Shown: piece by piece, positions 8,232-15,717 of the stretch | Layout of the letters: each line of letters opens with the position of its first letter | How positions within the stretch are numbered: the first letter of the stretch is position 1 | Assembly: GCA_003516025.1 (NCBI GenBank) | Contig: CP023991.1 | Coordinates: 120,001-152,000 of the forward strand | Length of the DNA stretch: 32,000 nt | From: Candidatus Saccharimonadota bacterium | GTDB taxonomy: Bacteria; Patescibacteriota; Saccharimonadia; Saccharimonadales; UBA4665 | Direction of reading: 5' to 3' | Made by a program: the position numbers and the translations under genes | The notes under the pieces: generated by a model | The model's database searches: none | Seen by the model: only the letters and a program-made list of their open reading frames with translations | What the model was told of the DNA's origin: nothing

Positions 8232-9155
8232 TTAGTGACTAATCTTCTTTAAGTACCAAACTATGTAGCCTAGAACAGAGACCAGTCCTACAACAAATGA
8301 GCCGATTAAAGCAATAGCTAGCCCACCTGACAGTTTTGTAGGGTTAAAAGCCATGACTATTACTGGAAAGACAATACCTAGGAGAGAAAGCGAAGATAGT
8401 ATGAATACAGCAGACAATACTCCATCTGGCTTACCTAGCTTTGCTAGGTCATAAGTAAGACGGCTTATCTCGCTTTCTGTGGCCACTAGCTGTTCTTTTA
8501 GGTCTTGCTCTTCTCTAATTGATTCATCAAGCCTGCGTGCGTCAATGTCATGGCTCCATGCTGGCCTGATTGCGCCTATTGCGCCCATATTGTAGCTAGG
8601 CACTTTCGTTAGAATCCCCATGAAGTTTGTTGTCGGCTGTTCGGGCAGTTGCGATTTAAGTTTGTAAAAAACATCCTCGTACATCGATTCGTCAGCTTCG
8701 GCCACTTTCAGCCCTCGTTTTTTGAGGTCATCGATATCCAAGCTGGAGTCAGAGTATTCGCCCTTTAGCAGAGGAGATATTTTATCGTACGCTTTCTTTA
8801 CGCGTTCATGAAGTGTTATTGCATACGGCAGCATTTCTGACAATGAGCTTCCGCGTGGAATATTCTCAGCCGAGATAGTTTCGTAATTTACCTCATTAAG
8901 TCCGGCTTCAACTAAATCGTCCAGTATCCTACCGGCAAAAGTATCTTTTGAGTTTTCGAGCCTGTACCTGTACGCCTCATCATAAGCAGGCTGGACATGC
9001 TTTAACCGTTGCCTTGCCGATTTAAGCTGTCGTTTGAGCGCTTCTCTTTCGCTGGATATTGCGACGAGCTTACTGACAAGAAACCCACCGATAATCGCTA
9101 CCATTGCGGCAGAAGATTGGCTGAGTGTTGAGAGTAGCGAGCTAGGGTCAGACAT
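8232..9155 (-). CDS. unknown membrane protein: N-terminal TM helix, ~200-aa charged/coiled-coil region, C-terminal TM hairpin
   Basis: Hydrophobic segments AAMVAIIGGFLVSKLVAI, VLSAVFILSSLSLLGIVFPVIVMAF and LAIALIGSFVVGLVSVLGYIVWYL. There is a 3-nt gap to the upstream gene. No family recognised. Confidence 0.6.
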   Translation of the reverse strand: MSDPSSLLSTLSQSSAAMVAIIGGFLVSKLVAISSEREALKRQLKSARQRLKHVQPAYDEAYRYRLENSKDTFAGRILDDLVEAGLNEVNYETISAENIPRGSSLSEMLPYAITLHERVKKAYDKISPLLKGEYSDSSLDIDDLKKRGLKVAEADESMYEDVFYKLKSQLPEQPTTNFMGILTKVPSYNMGAIGAIRPAWSHDIDARRLDESIREEQDLKEQLVATESEISRLTYDLAKLGKPDGVLSAVFILSSLSLLGIVFPVIVMAFNPTKLSGGLAIALIGSFVVGLVSVLGYIVWYLKKISH

Positions 9156-9158
9156 AGG

Positions 9159-10520
9159 TTACTTCCAAATTGTATCCTCATGAGTGTTCATAGCAAAGAC
9201 GTATTCATTGGGTGGCAGCTTCCCGGACACGACCAGCCTACGATGAGCTTCTATCGGAGCAATAACGGTTTCGGCGCTCAAGAACTCATGACCTATCCGA
9301 GTGAGAAACTCTGCACCGTGATAAACCACGTAACCGGTGGCATTATGCTGTAGTTTGACGAAGTGTTCTTTATGCGAAATCTCGCGAAATAGATCTCGAC
9401 CCCCGAATCGCCTGTCCATTTTTTCGTATTCGTCGGGGATGTCTAGGGTAAGAGTCCAGCCCAGCGCTCGAAGCGCCTTTTTAAGCGGTTCAATGTATAG
9501 CTCCGCAAAAAGGTATAGCTCACCCGTAATTAAGTCGACACGGTCATCAATCTTGTAAGGGTAAACGCTATATGGAGCTCTCCCGCGAACGGCCTGGCCA
9601 CCTAACTTGATGGATAGATTATCCAAGTTCGAAAATGGCATTGCCAAGGTATCATTTTTTCGCTGTGACCTGTCCTGTAAGTCTTTCAGCTTTGCTTTGT
9701 TGATTTTATGCAAGTCAACTACGTCAACGTACAGGTAGGGTGCGAGTAACTTTCCGGCGAAACCATCATTCCTAGCCTTATTAATAATTTTCTGCACACC
9801 GTAGTGGAAATGTTGCACCGGTAATTTGAAACGTATTACGCGAGCTGTTGTTGCGCCAGATTGAATAATCTCACTGCTTAGCATGTCCTGTGCTTGCAGC
9901 AATCGGCTCTTCTGGTCAGTAATCAACTGACCATTGGAAAGCTGCTTAGCAATCGAAACCGGCGTGTGAAGTTTCTTATTTTTTACCTCAGCAAGGTAAG
10001 GCATGTCGCCAATGTGCCGCAGGATACTTACATCACCTACGAGCAGACAGTTAGTTATGTCATGCAGTAAAGCAAAGCCGCCATTCCTTGTAACGGTTTG
10101 GGCAAGCTTTAATTCCGCATTGCGTCCCGCTTTCGAACCCTCACTCGGTGTGGCAATTAGGCCTGGTGTGTCGGACTGGGCAATAATGCGCAGCCTGACC
10201 CTGTCGTTGCCCAGAGTTCTATACGCAAAGCCGTCTGCGATTTCACGATAAGAACTGGCAATTAACTTGTTTTTATCTGCCTGCTCGGTATACGATTCGT
10301 CATTTTTCTCTTTTGCTAGTTTACGCCCTTGAGTAATGAGCGGCTCCACATTTTCGAGTATGGTCAATATGGCTTTTTGGCATTCCAGGTGGGCGATCGG
10401 GTCTGTCATGAAACCTTTTTCAGCGGTCATGGCCATAACTTCCTTGAGGTGGCCATTGTATTCTCTGTAATTCCCACCGCTAATCAGCTTCATTATGTAT
10501 TTGTATCGTTCTAAATCCAT
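9159..10520 (-). CDS. unknown 453-aa soluble protein with PD-(D/E)xK-like nuclease motif
   Basis: Residues 154-180 read LLHDITNCLLVGDVSILRHIGDMPYLAEVKNKK, giving D163, then 14 aa, then E178-V-K180. Each element follows a hydrophobic strand. The rest of the protein is unrecognised. Confidence 0.6.
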   Translation of the reverse strand: MDLERYKYIMKLISGGNYREYNGHLKEVMAMTAEKGFMTDPIAHLECQKAILTILENVEPLITQGRKLAKEKNDESYTEQADKNKLIASSYREIADGFAYRTLGNDRVRLRIIAQSDTPGLIATPSEGSKAGRNAELKLAQTVTRNGGFALLHDITNCLLVGDVSILRHIGDMPYLAEVKNKKLHTPVSIAKQLSNGQLITDQKSRLLQAQDMLSSEIIQSGATTARVIRFKLPVQHFHYGVQKIINKARNDGFAGKLLAPYLYVDVVDLHKINKAKLKDLQDRSQRKNDTLAMPFSNLDNLSIKLGGQAVRGRAPYSVYPYKIDDRVDLITGELYLFAELYIEPLKKALRALGWTLTLDIPDEYEKMDRRFGGRDLFREISHKEHFVKLQHNATGYVVYHGAEFLTRIGHEFLSAETVIAPIEAHRRLVVSGKLPPNEYVFAMNTHEDTIWK

Positions 10521-10565
10521 ACAATAATTATAGCTCGTTGCAAGGACTCAATGTATTGGTAATGG

Positions 10566-10982
10566 TTATTCCGTCGTTAGTACTGGTGGCTCTGGTAGGG
10601 CGGGAAGAGATTGTCGGGTCTTTTCGGCTTCAGCAGCGGCACGGTCTGCATCCGCCTGAGATACACTCAACCAAGCACCCATTGTGAGCCCATAGGCGAC
10701 TAGAATTAGTAGTATTGGCTTCGTAATTCGCCACCAAAGCTTAGACTTAGGTTTGCCTGTGCGACGACGAATATAATAATTTGTAGCTAACACCGTAACT
10801 ATAAGCAGACCGATACTGGTAAAAGGGAAGATGGGATAGAGCCACTGGTGAGTGGCATTCTCGAGGAGTGTTATACCCCCTTGAACGCCAAGGTTTGCTA
10901 ATAAAAAAATACCGAACGCTGCACTATAAACTTTGACCTTATTAACTGTTGGCCTTGTGTCTGGGGTGATGTCGTCCGCCAT
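10566..10982 (-). CDS. unknown small 3-TM membrane protein with Ala/Pro-rich C-terminal tail
   Basis: Three hydrophobic helices. A strong GGAGGAG lies 5 nt upstream of the ATG. It is the first gene of the minus-strand trio. Confidence 0.55.
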   Translation of the reverse strand: MADDITPDTRPTVNKVKVYSAAFGIFLLANLGVQGGITLLENATHQWLYPIFPFTSIGLLIVTVLATNYYIRRRTGKPKSKLWWRITKPILLILVAYGLTMGAWLSVSQADADRAAAEAEKTRQSLPALPEPPVLTTE

Positions 10983-11020
10983 AGCAGCTCCTCCATTATG
11001 TTGGTAATGGGGAGGCCTAA

Positions 11021-11163
11021 ATAAAAAAGGACAACCCCTCTAGATTGTCTAGACCAACACAGGTTGTACCCTGTGCTTTCGAGAGGTTGCCCTTTTTGGG
11101 TACAACCAATCGAAGATTGGCTCGTTTACAAGCTGTGCTGATCTAGACCTCATAATCATAGCA
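11021..11163 (-). promoter_or_regulatory. candidate promoter (TGCTATGAT) plus structured 5' leader with intrinsic-terminator-like hairpin upstream of the trio
   Basis: On the minus strand an extended -10 TGCTATGAT sits at complement(11155-11163). A 12-bp stem GGGCAACCTCTC/GAGGGGTTGTCC (11081-11092 with 11029-11040) is followed by TTTTTTAT. It ends about 40 nt before the SD and ATG at 10982. Confidence 0.45.
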
Positions 11164-11430
11164 TTTATACGGCCGTATCTGTTAATGTCCGTAACACTTG
11201 CTCTGTCTCTACGCGTAAGCGCTACATCCCCCCTGTATCTCAGGCGGGGAGGCGTCGTACATTGTCGAATAATGTGCGATGACTACAAGAGCTAATGCAT
11301 GTCGTACACGAACCTGTGCGACTTGCCCCGCGCGAATAGGCGGTGTAATTATGACCCCACCTTCTCTTTTGCTTTTATATTCTCTCTAGTCGGTGCTCGC
11401 ACAAAATTTTTCTGAACGGAGATTAATTAT

Positions 11431-11457
11431 TAAAGTACTTTAGTTAAAGCGCTTTAA
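11431..11457 (+). promoter_or_regulatory. two adjacent perfect palindromes (TAAAGTACTTTA; TTAAAGCGCTTTAA), candidate MerR-type operator in the promoter
   Basis: A 12-bp palindrome at 11431-11442 and a 14-bp palindrome at 11444-11457 share an AAAG-NN-CTTT core. They lie immediately upstream of TACACT (11462-11467) and the merR-like ATG. Confidence 0.5.
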
Positions 11458-11468
11458 GTTACTACACT

Positions 11469-11930
11469 ATGTGTATGAGTACTCAATCACACGCTACACA
11501 CACCTATTCAATTCGTGATGCATCACGTTTGACTGGGTTGCCATCATCAACCTTACGCTATTACGAGTCAATCGGAATAGTGAACCCTGTTCAGCGAGGG
11601 GAGACAAGTAAACATCGCGTGTACAACCAAGCGGAAGTAGATATGTTGGATACAATATCTTGCCTCAACGCTACAGGTATGAAGTTGGAAGACATGAAGA
11701 CGTATATTGCCAATTTGTCCGACAAACAAATCGATACCTACGAGCAGGTGGCACTCCTCAAGGCACAGGAGAAAAGACTGAACGAAGAGGAGCGTCACAT
11801 AAAGGTGCAGCAAGAGTACGTCGCACTCAAGATTGATTATTGGAAAGCTCGTGAGAGCGGTAATGAAGAACGTACAAATGAAATCGCTGCCCAAGCAAGG
11901 GCATTAGCGAAAGAATTAAAGAAAGTTTGA
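11469..11930 (+). CDS. MerR-family transcriptional regulator, NmlR/AdhR-like (carbonyl/electrophile stress type)
   Basis: N-terminal HTH YSIRDASRLTGLPSSTLRYYESIGIV. A conserved Cys sits in ISCLNATGMKLEDMKTYI, where NmlR/AdhR regulators carry their sensing Cys. The C-terminus is a coiled coil. An alternative ATG lies at 11475. Confidence 0.8.
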   Translation: MCMSTQSHATHTYSIRDASRLTGLPSSTLRYYESIGIVNPVQRGETSKHRVYNQAEVDMLDTISCLNATGMKLEDMKTYIANLSDKQIDTYEQVALLKAQEKRLNEEERHIKVQQEYVALKIDYWKARESGNEERTNEIAAQARALAKELKKV

Positions 11931-11938
11931 GGGGAATT

Positions 11939-12985
11939 ATGAAAGCAGCTATTTTTAAAGGTAAGGGTCAAGTTGTAGTAGAAGAGCGACCAAAACCAAC
12001 CGTTCGAGAGCAGACTGATGCTATTGTCCGCGTTGTATTGGCATGTGTATGTGGTTCAGACCTATGGTTTTACCGTGGTGTTTCAGACCACCCAGTAGGT
12101 TCTGTCGGACATGAGTTCATTGGTATCGTCGAAGAAATCGGCACAGATGTAAAAGACATCAAACAAGGAGACTTTGTTATCGCTCCTTTTGCATACAGCG
12201 ATGGCGTGTGCGCGAACTGTAAAGCTGGCTTTCAAACAGCTTGTATCCATGCAGGATTCTTCGGCCAAGGTGCTGAGGGTGATGGTGGTCAAGCAGAGTT
12301 CGTTCGTGTCCCTTATGCTGACGGCACGCTGTTTACTGTCCAAGGTAAAGATTTCTCAGACGAAACTTTGGCTTCTCTTCTGTCGCTAACCGACGTCATG
12401 GGAACAGGCTATCACGCTGCTGTAAGCGCTGGCGTCAAGGCTGGCGATACGGTTGCCGTTGTTGGTGACGGCGCAGTTGGTTTATCGGGCGTTATCTCGG
12501 CTAAAATGCTTGGTGCTGAACGAATTATTGTACTTGGAAGTACACATGAGGATCGTCACAAGCTTGCTCGTGAGTGGGGTGCTACTGACATTGTTGACGC
12601 ACGTGGCGATGAAGCGGTGAAAGTCCTTATGGATTTGACTGATAACGTTGGTGCAAATGCCGTGCTCGAATGCGTGGGTTCTGACGAATCTTACAAGACG
12701 GCATTCGCTATTGCACGAGCCGGGGCAATCGTTGGTCGAGTAGGCGTACCGCACAATGCAGAAGTTGACGCTACTGGTACTTTCTACCGTAACGTCGGTA
12801 TGCGTGGTGGCCCTGCACCCGTTCGCGCCTATATGCAACATCTCTATGATGCCGTAATAAACGGTGATATTAACACAGGCAAAGTATTTGACCTAACAAC
12901 CAGCTTAGATGATATTGCCGAGGCGTATGCAGCTATGGATGAACGGCGCGCTATCAAAACGTTAGTAAAAGTTAGCGAGCTCTAA
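11939..12985 (+). CDS. zinc-dependent alcohol dehydrogenase (MDR family)
   Basis: CVCGSDLW...GHEFIGIVEEIG (catalytic Zn), CANCKAG (structural Zn) and the Rossmann motif VVGDGAVGL. I moved the start to ATG 11939, with GAGGGG upstream. The track used TTG 11927, which overlaps the merR stop. Confidence 0.85.
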   Translation: MKAAIFKGKGQVVVEERPKPTVREQTDAIVRVVLACVCGSDLWFYRGVSDHPVGSVGHEFIGIVEEIGTDVKDIKQGDFVIAPFAYSDGVCANCKAGFQTACIHAGFFGQGAEGDGGQAEFVRVPYADGTLFTVQGKDFSDETLASLLSLTDVMGTGYHAAVSAGVKAGDTVAVVGDGAVGLSGVISAKMLGAERIIVLGSTHEDRHKLAREWGATDIVDARGDEAVKVLMDLTDNVGANAVLECVGSDESYKTAFAIARAGAIVGRVGVPHNAEVDATGTFYRNVGMRGGPAPVRAYMQHLYDAVINGDINTGKVFDLTTSLDDIAEAYAAMDERRAIKTLVKVSEL

Positions 12986-13285
12986 ATGGCAGCTGTCACG
13001 GTCTTTTGCCTTATGCATCCAAAGCCCGCGATGGCACAGGAGCTACGTGAGTCACTTCTATCGCTCGTTGAGCCGACCCATGAAGAAACAGGCTGTATAG
13101 CCTACGACGTTTATGAAGAACAAGATGGTTCATTGGTACTGTTCGAAACGTGGCAATCTCAGGCTGATCTTGAGATGCATCAGCAACAACCAGCTATCAA
13201 AGAATTATTTGGAAACAAGTTGACCGACATTCTTGACGATGAACTCGACGTTCATTTTACTCGATTGATTTCGGCTACTAAATAA
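12986..13285 (+). CDS. ABM-domain (antibiotic biosynthesis monooxygenase / YgiN-like quinol monooxygenase) protein
   Basis: About 99 aa with the pattern ...EEGCIAYDVYEE...LVLFETWQSQADLEMHQQ... typical of ABM ferredoxin-like domains. The ATG directly abuts the ADH stop. Confidence 0.65.
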   Translation: MAAVTVFCLMHPKPAMAQELRESLLSLVEPTHEETGCIAYDVYEEQDGSLVLFETWQSQADLEMHQQQPAIKELFGNKLTDILDDELDVHFTRLISATK

Positions 13286-13301
13286 ATTTAGGAGGAAGAA
13301 T

Positions 13302-13709
13302 ATGAAATATACTAAAAGTTCAGGTAAAACAGGTAAAGGTCCAGCTGACTGGTTTACTGGTGATGTTTACATGGATCCAATTAAAAACCCAGATGAACAA
13401 TCCGCAGTTGGTGCTGCACATGTGCGCTTTACTCCGGGTGCGAGGACATTTTGGCACAAGCACCCTAAAGGTCAGACACTGTATGTAACTGACGGTATAG
13501 GTTATGTCTCTCGACGTAATGGTGAGGTACAAGAGATTCGTCCAGGCGACGTAGTCTTTATCGAGCCAGACGAAGAGCATTGGCACGGTGCTACATCAAA
13601 TCGCTTAATGGCGCATGTTGCTATTCAAGAAGCTGATGAAAGCGGCAGTCCTGTAACCTGGCTTGAAGAAGTCAACGAGGAAGCCTATGCGAAAGGTGTC
13701 AGCGCATAA
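13302..13709 (+). CDS. cupin-domain protein
   Basis: Cupin motifs FTPGARTFWHKHPKGQTLYV and GDVVFIEPDEEHWHGA. An AGGAGG SD lies upstream. Confidence 0.75.
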   Translation: MKYTKSSGKTGKGPADWFTGDVYMDPIKNPDEQSAVGAAHVRFTPGARTFWHKHPKGQTLYVTDGIGYVSRRNGEVQEIRPGDVVFIEPDEEHWHGATSNRLMAHVAIQEADESGSPVTWLEEVNEEAYAKGVSA

Positions 13710-13710
13710 C

Positions 13711-14091
13711 ATGGCCGAGTGGACAAAAGAAGAACTAGAAGCGATTGCTAAAGATGAAAATCTGTATATATCCATCCCGAATCAAGACGGCACTATGCAC
13801 AAGCCAACATGGATATGGATTGCGCAGGCTGGTAATGAGCTGTTTACGCGTGGATATAATGGCACACAAAGCCGATGGTATGTGTCTGCAAAAGCCGTCG
13901 GACACGGTCACATTTCATCAGGTGGAGTCGAGAAAGATGTTACGTTTGAATTTCCAATCGACAAGGAAACGAATGACTTAATAGATGCAGGTTACGCAGA
14001 GAAGTATGGGAAGTACCGTGGCTCTTATTTAGATATGATGCTCGGTGAAAAGCAAAAAACGGCCACGGTTAAATTAATCCCAAAAGATTAA
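13711..14091 (+). CDS. DUF2255-like small protein
   Basis: Start chosen at M17 (ATG 13711), 1 nt after the cupin stop. The track start at 13663 would overlap the cupin gene by 47 nt. The pattern [20 protein letters not shown]...MHKPTWIWI...[12 protein letters not shown] resembles DUF2255 (from memory). Confidence 0.5.
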   Translation: MAEWTKEELEAIAKDENLYISIPNQDGTMHKPTWIWIAQAGNELFTRGYNGTQSRWYVSAKAVGHGHISSGGVEKDVTFEFPIDKETNDLIDAGYAEKYGKYRGSYLDMMLGEKQKTATVKLIPKD

Positions 14092-14104
14092 AGGAGAAGC
14101 ATAT

Positions 14105-14971
14105 ATGGAATCTGTGGAGCTTAACAATGAGGTGAAAATGCCACTATTAGGATTTGGCGTCTACCAAATAACCGACCAAGACGAATGTGAACAAAGCGTA
14201 TTAGATGCTTTGGCTACCGGTTATCGGTTAATAGACACTGCTCAGGCATACGGAAACGAAGATGCGGTCGGCAGGGCAATTAAGAAGAGCGGCATTTCGA
14301 GAGATGAGTTGTTCATAACGACTAAATTGTGGGTAACTGATTTTAGTGAAGAAAAAGCAGTCGCCGCGTTCAACGAATCGCTAGAACGCTTGCAGCTTGA
14401 TTATGTTGATTTATACCTGCTACACCAACCGTTTGGCGATGTGCATGGCGCATGGCGAGGACTAGAACGATTATACGAAGACGGCAAGGTAAGAGCCTTA
14501 GGTGTAAGCAACTTCTATCCTGACCGCGTGCAAGATTTAATATTAACGAGCACAGTAATACCGGCCGTGAACCAGATAGAAACGCATCCGTATTATCAAC
14601 GAACTGAAGATCAAAAGTTTCTTAAAGATAATAAGATTCAGATTGAATCGTGGGGGCCATTCGCGGAAGGTCGCAATAATCTATTTACCAATGAAACGCT
14701 CGAATCAATCGGCAAGAAATATGGTAAGTCAGTTGCACAAGTAGTAATTAGGTGGCTCATACAGCGCAAGGTTGTAGTAATCCCTAAATCGACTCATAAA
14801 GAGCGAATTATCGAAAATTTTGACGTATTCGATTTTGTGCTAACCGATGAAGATATGAAAGAGATTGCAAAGCTTGATACGAAAGAAAGCAGCTTCTTTT
14901 CTCATCGCGATCCTGAAACCGTCAAAATGATTATGGGCAGAGGTGAAAGAAGGCCCATTATTCAATCATAG
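14105..14971 (+). CDS. aldo/keto reductase (2,5-diketo-D-gluconate reductase / YvgN-like)
   Basis: [52 protein letters not shown]...RI.EN: the classic AKR signature set. Confidence 0.9.
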   Translation: MESVELNNEVKMPLLGFGVYQITDQDECEQSVLDALATGYRLIDTAQAYGNEDAVGRAIKKSGISRDELFITTKLWVTDFSEEKAVAAFNESLERLQLDYVDLYLLHQPFGDVHGAWRGLERLYEDGKVRALGVSNFYPDRVQDLILTSTVIPAVNQIETHPYYQRTEDQKFLKDNKIQIESWGPFAEGRNNLFTNETLESIGKKYGKSVAQVVIRWLIQRKVVVIPKSTHKERIIENFDVFDFVLTDEDMKEIAKLDTKESSFFSHRDPETVKMIMGRGERRPIIQS

Positions 14972-14988
14972 TGTTTAATAGCAATAGT

Positions 14989-15456
14989 ATGGCTACCAGT
15001 AAAGACGGCATGAAAGAAGTGACTCCGACAGAATTACTGAATCTGATGTACCTGAAATTGCTAGACTTGGAACTAAAGGTCGATTTATTTAGCATGAAAA
15101 TTGATAACTTGCAGCAAGACATAAGTAGGACTACATATGTACGTAGTGAACTTTTTAAGCTTAAGTTTGACCATAATACAAATGAACTTTACATAACCGA
15201 GTTCTTCAAAATACAATTCGAAGGTAATGAAGCAGTCTTGCTAGGAACTATGTTTAAAAAATCTAATGGGCAACCAAAAAAGACCACTAAATTTTACCCA
15301 GTAGAACTGGCGGGCAAATTCCAAAGCGAAACGAATGGCCTTAAAACAGCAAAAGCAGTGCAGGGAACGATTTCGAGAATTGACGCTACTATAAAGCATC
15401 GCACTATGGGCCTGGAAGTCTTCAAAATCACGACAAAAGTTTTTTATTTTCTGTAA
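14989..15456 (+). CDS. hypothetical protein (155 aa), unknown
   Basis: ORF only. The track start is GTG 14971, overlapping the AKR stop; I prefer ATG 14989. No motif recognised and no clear SD. Confidence 0.35.
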   Translation: MATSKDGMKEVTPTELLNLMYLKLLDLELKVDLFSMKIDNLQQDISRTTYVRSELFKLKFDHNTNELYITEFFKIQFEGNEAVLLGTMFKKSNGQPKKTTKFYPVELAGKFQSETNGLKTAKAVQGTISRIDATIKHRTMGLEVFKITTKVFYFL

Positions 15457-15513
15457 CTACACTTTAATAAGTCACGAGGATTCACTTGCCAACAGCTTTG
15501 CTTAAATAAGCGA

Positions 15514-15672
15514 ATGCTAATTAAGGGCAATCAAGTCATTACAATTACAGAAGCTCGCGAACTGCTTGGAGACGAGAGTGTTGGCATGACTGACGAGGAA
15601 GTGCAGAAGCTTATTGAAGACTTTGATCTTATTGCCCAGTACACAATCAAGCTAGTTCAAATCTTTAAATAA
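15514..15672 (+). CDS. 52-aa hypothetical protein (MLIKGNQVITITEARELLGDESVGMTDEEVQKLIEDFDLIAQYTIKLVQIFK)
   Basis: Below the ORF-track cutoff; I read it manually. It lies 45 nt upstream of the recombinase gene and is predicted to be helical. Function unknown. Confidence 0.3.
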   Translation: MLIKGNQVITITEARELLGDESVGMTDEEVQKLIEDFDLIAQYTIKLVQIFK

Positions 15673-15717
15673 AAAGAAAGTAAAACAGATTGATGTAGTG
15701 CTAAAATAGTTCTAAGT

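Noticed and set aside
15698-15709. The 12-mer TGCTAAAATAGT, shared with 30623-30634 upstream of dnaK.
   Set aside because: In 32 kb, tens of 12-mer coincidences are expected by chance. Both copies are simply AT-rich extended -10-like sequences.
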